DNA from: Octopus vulgaris
Taxonomy: Eukaryota
Direction: 5' to 3'
NCBI GenBank assembly: GCA_951406725.2
Contig: OX597833.1
Span: 62,310,001-62,374,000, forward strand
Length of the DNA stretch: 64,000 nt
Shown here: piece after piece, positions 41,115 to 50,708 of the stretch
How positions within the stretch are numbered: the first letter of the stretch is position 1
How the letters are laid out: each line of letters opens with the position of its first letter
The notes under the pieces: generated by a model
Database searches by the model: none
What the model saw: the letters and a program-made list of their open reading frames with translations, nothing else
What the model was told of the DNA's origin: nothing
Program-made: the position numbers and the translations under genes

Positions 41115-41436
41115 TAAATCATGATTTCAACTAGATATAACTACTTACATCATCAGGGGAAACCCATAGAAAGAATGGAAACTGATAGATTTATAGCTGC
41201 CGCTGTTTGCCAACTGGGTATTGACAGATTTTAGCAAAATCTTCCAAATTAATTATTTTTCTGTTCTGCCTCGCCAGTGGCATCTAAAACGCACCATTCA
41301 AGCATGGTCAATGCCAGTGCTACCTGACTGGCTTCTGTGCTGGTGGCACGTAAAAAGCACCATTCGAGCTGATATGTACATACATACGTACGTACGTACA
41401 TACATACATACATACATACATACATACATACAGACA

Positions 41437-41654
41437 TACGAAGGGCTACTGCAAAGTTCCTGGTTTTGGGTAAAAGAAAATAAAGGAGGATCAGTTAATT
41501 ATGATTTTATTTAACATATTCCCCTCTCAGATTCACACACCTATTGCAGCAGTCCTTCAGTTTTTCCAAGCCCTGTAAAAGAACTCGGAAGGTTGGGCCT
41601 CCAGTCAGGCCTTTCGCAAAACCCTTAAAGCTAGGAATTTTTCAACATCCCCTT
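41437..41654. mobile_element. Tc1/mariner-like MITE
   Basis: TACGAAGGGCTACTGCAAAGTTCCTGG ... CTAGGAATTTTTCAACATCCCCTTG imperfect TIRs; opposite-orientation copy at about 17618-18060 interrupted by a SINE. Confidence 0.6.
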
Positions 41655-41738
41655 GAATGCTTGTGTCTGCGTATATATGTATACTCATGTTTTGATGCTA
41701 TTGTATATTCATACTTGTCATTGTTTTTCCCTCCTCAG

Positions 41739-41869
41739 ATGGTTGAGAAGTATCTCAGTAATTCTATTCTTGAATAAACAAGATTTATTGGCCGAGAAAG
41801 TGAAAGCTGGAAAGTCAAAAATCGAAACATATTTTGCTGATTTTGAACGTTACGTAACACCTGTAGACG
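41739..41869 (+). CDS. GNAS: G-alpha-s coding exon (131 bp), G4 box
   Basis: ctcctcag acceptor, G|gtaagg donor; [43 protein letters not shown], with NKQD guanine-specificity motif. Confidence 0.97.
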
Positions 41870-42904
41870 GTAAGGAATCTCTCTCTCTTCCCTTCTTGGA
41901 ACCATCTCGTTACAAAATGAATATTTTAAACTCCTACCTGTGCTTGAACCTGTCTCTTGTATTTTCTTTTTTAATCTCTTGATCAGGAGGGACTTTTGCT
42001 GTTGTAATGACCTATAGCACTCACATTGTTTATTACCTTTGAACTGGCACTGACCTCTGTGGTAGTTTACAATGACCTCTGTGGTAGTGTCAGTGACCTT
42101 TGCAGTGTCCTTGACCTTTGCAGTATTTTTACCTTTGACCTGACAATGACCTCTACAGTGGCGATGATCTTCACTTTGTCTTTGACTTTTGCAATGACCA
42201 TAGCCTTTGCAATGACCATGGCCTTTGCAGTGCCCATATCTTTTGAACGACCCTACTTGAGGCAGTATTCTGTGGTTGGGTGCCTTTCCTGGTTTTCCCT
42301 AAACCCTTACTCGCTTTCAAGTATGGTACTCCACATCTTTGCACACCAAACCACCCAGCTGCCAGACTTTTTGTTTTACCCAGAAGGTAAGCAGTATTAT
42401 AGCTACCCAGTTGGTGTCAGTGAAAAAGATACAGTAGCACAAACATACATTTGATGTGCTTCATTACAGTTTCCATCTACCAAACTTTACTGACAAGGTG
42501 TTGGTCAATCCAAGGCTATAGACGAAGACATTTGCCCTCCAGTGGGATTGAACCTGGAACCATGTAGTAATGCTTGTACCTATAATTACTGAAAGGGGTT
42601 TGGCTACGATACAACTGATATTATTATTGTCTGTGTTATAGACCTCGGTGAGAAAATGCTGTCGTTTCTACTGGGATTGCTCTGACAAAATGTTTTTGAG
42701 TCATCTCTCTGTCTGACGCACTCCCAATAAGCCAGATATCTCATGCCTTCGGCTGTCAGATTTTGTTTAACTTCATACGACACAGTCCTTATATATGCTG
42801 TTACCCCATCATCAATATAAGTCAAACATCCTTTCTAACACAAACAGTAAAGTGAAATGATAATTTTAGTCCAGTGGTCATTTTATTTTCCTTCTTCTTT
42901 CTAG

Positions 42905-42972
42905 CCCATACTGAACCTGGTGATGACCCAGAAGTTGTCCGAGCAAAATACTTCATTCGTGATGAATTTTTA
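42905..42972 (+). CDS. GNAS: G-alpha-s coding exon (68 bp), Gs-specific alphaG-alpha4 insert
   Basis: ctttctag acceptor, TTA|gtaagt donor; (A)[22 protein letters not shown] matches Gs [23 protein letters not shown]. Confidence 0.97.
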
Positions 42973-45900
42973 GTAAGTATACCCCAAATATTCTTTCCTC
43001 CTTTCTCTCATTCCCCCATCCCCCAACTGCAGGAAAACCTCCAGCTTAAGAATTGTGGATTTTATACAACATAGGCGCAGGAGTGGCTGTGTGGTAAGTA
43101 GCTTGCTAACCAACCACATGGTTCCGGGTTCAGTCCCACTGCGTGGCATCTTGGGCAAGTGTCTTCTGCATTTTTAACTCTATTTTCTTTTCTTATATAT
43201 AAATATAAATATAAATCTTATATATATCTTGGGCAAGTGTCTTCTGCTATAGCCCCGGGCCGACCAATGCCTTGTGAGTGGATTTGGTAGACGGAAACTG
43301 AAAGAAGCCTGTCGTATATATATTGTCCCCCTAGCATTGCTTGACAACCGATGCTGGTGTGTTTACGTCCCCGTCACTTAGCGGTTCGGCAAAAGAGACC
43401 GATAGAATAAGTACTGGGCTTACAAAGAATAAGTCGCGAGGTCGATGACTGAAACAAGTAAAAGAGTATACGTCTTCCAAGCGACACAGCTGGTTTATCT
43501 CGTATGAAGATTATTGTTGAACCAACATGGAGGTACATGGCTCCATGGTTAGACTGTTTGACTCCTGGTCGTAACACTTTGGTTTCAGTTCCTGGATTGG
43601 GTGATGTGTTGTATTCTTTAGCACAATACTTCATTTCATGTTGCTCCAGTCCACTCTGCAGGTAAAAATATGTAACCCCGAGACAGATCAGTGTCCGTCG
43701 AGGGAGGAGGGGAGAAATATATACACCAGAGAAGCTGGAAGAAGGGCCCTATGCTCCTTACAGAATAATGTAGACTAATCAAAATCAAAATCAAATTCGA
43801 TGACTGGCATCTGTGCTTGCGGGGTGCAAAGAGCACCATACGAGTGTGATCATTGACAGATCAGCTAACCGGCTTCCGTGCCAGTGGCACATAAAAGGCA
43901 TCATTCGAGTGTGATCGTTACCAGCGTCGCCTTACTGGCACTTGTGCCCGTGCTAATAGGGTGCCAAGAGCACCATCTGAGCGTGATCGTTGCCAGAGCA
44001 GCAAACTAGCTTCCGTGCCGGTGGCATGTAAAAGGGCACCATTCGAGCGTGATCGTTACCAGCATCGCCTTACTGGCACCTGTGCCAATGGCATGTGTAA
44101 AAAAGATTCAAGCAAGGTCATTGCCAGTACCGCCTGACTGGCCCCCGTGCCGGTGGCACGTAAAAAGCACCCACTACACTCTCGGAGTGGTTGGCGTTAG
44201 GAAGGGCATCCAGCTTTAGAAACTCAGCCAGATCAGATTGGAGCCTGGTGCAGCCATCTGGTTCGCCAGCCCTCAGTCAAAATCGTCCAACCCATGCTAG
44301 CATGGAAAGCGGACATTAAACAATGATGATGATGATGAACCAACAGACCTGTGCTCAAAATCACTGTTATTGAGTCACAGTGTATCAAGGACTACGCTAT
44401 GCAATGTGCTCTTTGCACAATTGTCTATCCCCAAGTTGGCTCTAATTGAACTAATTTATGATGAAAGACGTCCCAGCCATGACCATCTTGTCTTTTTCCT
44501 ATAAGTAGGACAACATTGTCCTCTGTGTCCTTCCTTTTACTTCAGGCAGCACGTCGTGTTTTGAGAGAGAATTAGTTGCTATTTCTTATGCGGCAAGCGA
44601 CCTAGTAAATGCTTCTTTTTACCTCGTATAGAGAAGGGCTTTTACATTGATAATTCAATAATAATCTCAAATATTCTGATTCTGTTTCCTGTCTAAGAAG
44701 GCTTCATTTTATTTCGTTCACAATATTTTCAAATTCAGAAATATTAAATTTCTAAATATCTCATAGAGATATTTACGGTGGTGGGGCGGTAGAGTGGTTG
44801 TATACTGTCAACTTAACGTGACAGTAAGGGAATTACACCACCGCTGTTTAGCCCTAGGAAGCATCGACGCTTCCTGTCGGCCTTGACACATTTCCTGTGT
44901 CCTTATATATTTACGAAGGGAGACAAATACCCCCAACAGCTAGGCCTGCATCGAGAGACATGCATGTTTCAGGGTCTTTGCCCATCATTGGTCTAGAGTA
45001 GCAGAAGCCTGCTAGCTGAAGATATCTGTCTAGACTTCGCAAATATATATATATATATATTTTCAGTGAAATTTATTCACTGATCACCAAAATCAGAAAT
45101 ATTAAATTTCTAAATATCTCGTAGAGATATGTACGGTGGTGGGGTGGTAGAGTGGTTGTATACTGTCAACTTAACGTGACAGTAAGGGAATTACACCACC
45201 GCTGTTTAGCCTCAAATTCCTCCTTAAATTTTCCAGAGAAAAATTCGATTGCAAGGGAGACAATTCTTTATACTCCATAGATTTTGTGTCTGCATTAACG
45301 TTTTACTTGTATAAACATACGATGATTTCCCGCCTGACTAAAACCCCACAGGGGGAATAGGAGAGGGCCGAAAGAAAAAAAATAAAATACATGTAGTCCA
45401 TCAGACAAGCTTCAGCAAAGCCTTTACTTGGAATCACATAATTGTGAATTGAGTCAGTGGGTTTGCAGTTTGTCATTACAAATCTGCTTGATAAAGATCT
45501 CAGCTTGTCATCGTCTCCTAGATCACCTTTTTGAAGGCCTTGAATACTTTGTACTACTGGAAGGATCAGTGAGAAAATGCACCCAGTGCACTCTGTAGAG
45601 TGGCTGGTGATAAAAAAAAGGCATCCAGCTGTTGGAACTAAGTCAAATGCTGCTTTGCACAAGCGCCAGTCTTTGGAAGCAGTGACTCCCGATAAGACAT
45701 TACTTGGACTGTTCGTCTGACCAACACATGTTGGTTTGGAAACTGGATGTAAAATGGTGATGATTCTCTCTTTCTCTCTCTTTTACTTGTTTCAATCGTT
45801 TGACTGCGGCCATGCTGGAGCACCGCCTTTAATTGAGCAACTCAACCCCGGGACTTACTCTTTTGTAAGCCCAGTACTTATTCTCTATCGGTCTCTTTTG

Positions 45901-46189
45901 CCGAACCGCTAAGTAACGGGGGACATAAACACACCAGCATCGGTTATCAAGCAATGCTAGGGGGACAAACACAGACACACACACATATATATATACATAT
46001 ATACAACGGGCTTCTTTTCAGTTTCCGTCTACCAAATCCACTCACAAGGCTTTGGTCGGCCCGAGGCTATAGTAGAAGACACTTGCCCAAGATGCCATGC
46101 AGTGGGACTGAACCCGGAACCATGTGGTTGGTAAACAAGCTACTTACCACACAGCCACTCCTGCGCCTATGATGGTGATGATGATGATG

Positions 46190-46770
46190 ATGATCATCAT
46201 CATCATCGTTTAACGTCCGTTTTCCATGCTAGCATGGGTTGGACGGTTCGACTGGGGTCTGGCAAGCCAGGAGGCTGCACCAGGCTCCAGTCTGATCTGG
46301 CAGTGTTTCTACGGCTGGATGCTCTTCCTAATGCCAACCACTCCGTGAGTGTAGTGGGTGCTTTTTACGTGCCACCTGCACTGGAGCCAGGCGAGGCTGG
46401 CATCAGCCACGGTCAGATTGGTGCATTTTACGTTCCACCTGCACGGAAGCCAGTCGAGGCGGCACTGGCTTTGGCCACAAATCGGATGGTGCTTTTTACG
46501 TGCCACCGACACGGAAGCCAGTCGAGGCGGCGCTGGCATCAGCCACGATTTGGATAGTGCTTTTTACGTGCCACCGACACGGAAGCCAGTCGAGGCAGCA
46601 CTGGCTTCAGCCACGATTTGGATTGGTGCATTTTACGTGCCACCTGCACGGAAGCCAGTCAAAGTGGCACTGGCTTCGGCCACGATTCGGATAGTGCTTT
46701 TTACGTATCTCCAGTCCAGGGGTCCTGGCATCTGCCGGGTGCCAGTCATAGGATTGGTTCAATTTCGATT
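46190..46770 (-). mobile_element. Retroposon family C with (GAT)n tail and internal approx. 68-bp tandem units
   Basis: On +: (CAT)n-CGTTTAACGTCCG..CCATGCTAGCATGGGTTGGACG...CTGGATG(C)..TTCCTAA.GCCAACCAC. Other copies at about 13118-13420, 14021-14303, 18258-18397, 26540-26900, 27069-27247, 29362-29565, 31261-31514, 60735-61050, 63423-63662 (all -) and 26150-26258, 43780-44338, 61424-61577 (+). Confidence 0.8.
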
Positions 46771-46797
46771 CCGATTTCGATTTCGATTCGAAATTGA

Positions 46798-47103
<306 letters not shown>

Positions 47104-48110
47104 TGTGTGATGATGTCGACGACAATGATGACGATGATGATGATGATGATGAAGACGATGACGACGACGACGATGACAGTGGTTATGGCGGCGGTAGCGA
47201 CGACGATGACAATGAAGATGGAGATGAGGATGATGACAATGAGGAGGAAGAGAATGATGATGATGATGACAATGATAACAATTATGACGACAATGATGAT
47301 GATGATGATGAGGAGGATGATGATGATGACGATGATGATGATGATACAAACGTCGTCGTCCCATCATGCTCTCTGTTAGACTTGATGTGCGGCAACTTTT
47401 TATCTGTTAACAAACAAAACGAAACAAAATGACAAAAAAAAAAAACAAAAACAAAACGATAATGCGAAGGAAAAAAAAAATGAAATACGCCATACACACA
47501 CACACACACACACACGCACGTGCGCACACACAATGTACACACACACACACACACACACGCAAAGATGAAAAGAAAAGAAAGGAATTTTATTTATTTTTTT
47601 TTTCCATCAACCTGACAGGTCATATTGGCCTCGTTATTGGTACTCAGTAATTATATTTAATAGGATTTGACAATGACCAGGAGAGAGAGAGGCAGATACG
47701 ACATCCCAATGGTGATGGTGGTGATCATCATGATGATGATGATGATGATGATTATGATGATGATGATTATGATGACGACGATCATGATGATGATGATGAT
47801 GATGATGATCATGATGATGATCACGACGACGGTGATGTGATTTTGAGGCAATGCAGTGTGACGGCGGCGGCGGTGGCAGTGGTGGTGGTGGTGGTGGCAG
47901 TGGTGGTCGAGGAGGTGATGATTATGATGGTGGTGGTGGTGGTGGTGGTGGCCATGGTCGTGGTGGGTGGTCGTGCTGGTGGTGGTGGTGGCATTGGTGG
48001 TGGTGGTGGTGCTGCTTTTGGTAATTGGTGTTTCTTGAGGAAGATTAGATGGTAGCGCTGGGGCAGAGAGGTATTTGGGACGATAGGGGTGACGATGATG
48101 ATGGTGGTGT
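47104..48110 (+). repeat. Trinucleotide-repeat-rich proximal 3'UTR of the Gs gene: (GAT/GAC)n, (CA)n, (GAT)n, (GGT)n
   Basis: Starts immediately after the TGA; degenerate GAY tract at 47104-47345. Confidence 0.8.
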
Positions 48111-48327
48111 GAAGGAGGATGATCGTTTCTGAGTAAATTTCATTCTGTGAGCCTTTTCAATTTTTCTAAACCGGTTGAATTTTTTTATATTATTTACTTC
48201 ATTTTTTTTTTTTTTGTCTGTGGTAGTACTAATAGTAGTAGTAATAATACTAGTAATAGTAGTAGTAGAATAGTGAATAGGTTATGCTGCCCCTTCCCCC
48301 AAACACTTATACACACACTGCTGCTAT

Positions 48328-48376
<49 letters not shown>

Positions 48377-49167
48377 TATATGTATCTACTACTGAGCACA
48401 GGCTTGGCTGAGTGGTTAAGAAGCTTGCTTTGCAACCACAGAGTCCTGGGTTCAATCCCATTTGCACAACAGTTTGGGCAAGTTGTTATTTACTGTAGCC
48501 ATGGGTCGATTTGACTCCTTATGAGTGGAATTTAGATTTTTTGGGGGGGAAATTGTGTGGAAGCCTTTTTGCGTGTGCCCGTGTGTGTGGTTGTATATAG
48601 GTGTGTATGTGCTTACTTGTGTAATGCGGTGTAAATCGTTGCGGTATTGATTCCATCAGGGGGAGGTAACTCCCCGAATCGGTGAACTCGGGCGTTTGTT
48701 GAATAGAGATTCGGTTTGGAATGAATGATTTGCCTGTCTAGATACTCACTGCAATGAGTATGGTTATCCTAACACTTTCTCAAGGGGCATCTTTCAATAG
48801 GGTACAACTCAGTGGCTGACATCAGTAGCAAAATACATGCAAATAGAAGGCTATGCTGCCACAAACACACACACACATCTCTGTCTCTCTTTGCCTTTCT
48901 CTCTCTTTCTCTCTCTCTCTCTCTTTCATGCCATCCTCCCTCATACACACAGACACACACACATACCATTATCTTATTAAAAAATGCATGCAACTAGGAC
49001 ACTACCATCCCTCTCTTTCTGTATGGTGTATATATGTGTGTGTGTGTGTGTATATACATACATATATATATATGTTTTACTGTAAATCTCAACTATATAT
49101 TACTGTGTGTGTGTGTGTGTATGTATATATGTATGTGTGTATGTATGTATATGTGTGTATATGTATG

Positions 49168-49200
<33 letters not shown>

Positions 49201-49332
49201 GTATATATATACACATATATATATATGTTTTATTGTAAATCTCAACTATATATAAATGTGTATGTGTATATGTATGTATGTATATGTGTGTCTATATATA
49301 TGCATATATATATGTATATATGTGTGTATATA

Positions 49333-49392
<60 letters not shown>

Positions 49393-49770
49393 AACACTAA
49401 TGATAGTGACTTCAGAGCAGCAGCCAGTTAAGCCATCATCAGACTACCACATGATGCCTTAACTGGCCGGAACTTCGAAGTCATTATCAACAATGTCCTT
49501 GGTCAAGAATAATGAATTTGTGCTCTACAAAAGCAAAGAGTAACCCATCAGATTAATACGAAATTGTTTTTATTACAACTGGACGTAAAAACACATATAT
49601 GTATATATATACAAAATGAGAAAATGGAGAAATATACCTAAATCAATCATCAACCATCAGATAATACCCAATCAATACTTTATTAAACCATTACACAACA
49701 GCAGTTATATTATACATAATATATTACAAATATAACAAGACATAGAAATAGAAATAGAAAATACATTTAT

Positions 49771-49894
49771 ATTATAGCTGACAGCTGTTTCGGCCGTGAA
49801 GACAGGTATGTCCCATTTAACCTATTAGCTATATAAAGCAGGTATAAATGAGACATTAACAAGAATGTCTCACGGCCTCTTCAGAGAATATAAT
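49771..49894 (-). ncRNA. Type I hammerhead ribozyme motif, intact core
   Basis: Minus strand: ATTATATTCT-CTGAAGA-GGCCGTGA...TCACGGCC-GAAAC-AGCT-GTC-AGCTATAAT. Perfect 8-bp stem II, palindromic stem III (ACAGCTGT), GUC cleavage triplet, bulged stem I. Confidence 0.8.
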
Positions 49895-50364
49895 GTAAGT
49901 ATGAAAAAAATTTACATACACCAGCATATAGAACACAAAGAGATGTGTATATAGATATGTGTGTATGTCTATATATGTATATATATATATATATATACAC
50001 ACACATATTGGTGAAAGAGTACTTGGTACATGATTTTTTTTTTCCTACATTGCTCTGTTTTTAGCCAGCATGGAGCATGGACTTTAAATGGTGATAATGA
50101 TGTATATGTGTGTTTATATATATATATATACATATAAAATACATAGGTTTGGTGATACAGACGGGATAATGGGACTCAAAGCATGAATGTACAATTATAT
50201 TTTTGTTTTTATTATCATCAGAAGTTATAGAGTCACTCAAGGACAGATAGGTTCATTCATTGGCGCTTATCAAGGTGATCCCTTGAGTCACTCTGAAACC
50301 TCGGCTGATTAATAATAACAACAATAATAATAATAATGATAATAATAATAATAATAATAATAAT

Positions 50365-50708
50365 GACAACGTGTCTCTAAAAGAAATGGAGAAACTTTCA
50401 AAATACAAAGACCTGGAAATAGAGGTAACTAGAATGTGGAATCTGAAAACAGAAACAATTCTTATCATAGTAGGTGCATTAGGCATGATAAAAAAATATT
50501 CAGACAAATACATAATAAAAACACCAGGACTTACAAACACATATAACATACAGAAAATTGCACTACTGGGCATTGCACACATCCTACGCAGAACACTTTC
50601 AATACAGTAACCATCAGAGCATCACAACAAATCACAGCACATACCTAAGGCACACAGAGCTGTGCTCGGTAGTGAAGTGAAAGCACGATATAAAAATAAA
50701 ACTATTGA
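50365..50708 (+). mobile_element. R4/Dong-like non-LTR retrotransposon 3' fragment (restriction-like endonuclease C-terminus + 3'UTR) inserted in (TAA)n
   Basis: ORF 50371-50610 KEMEKLSKYKDLEIEVTRMW...IIVGALG...IQKIALLGIAHILRRTL shows the K..KY..L / IVGALG REL signature; (AAT)n on both sides, the known Dong target. Confidence 0.75.

Noticed and set aside
43072-43145. tRNA-like A/B-box sequences at SINE heads as true tRNA genes
   Set aside because: No complete cloverleaf; they continue into SINE bodies and tails.
46357-46710. 68-bp periodic hairpin units as a CRISPR-like array
   Set aside because: The whole unit repeats, with no unique spacers, and lies inside a dispersed retroposon.
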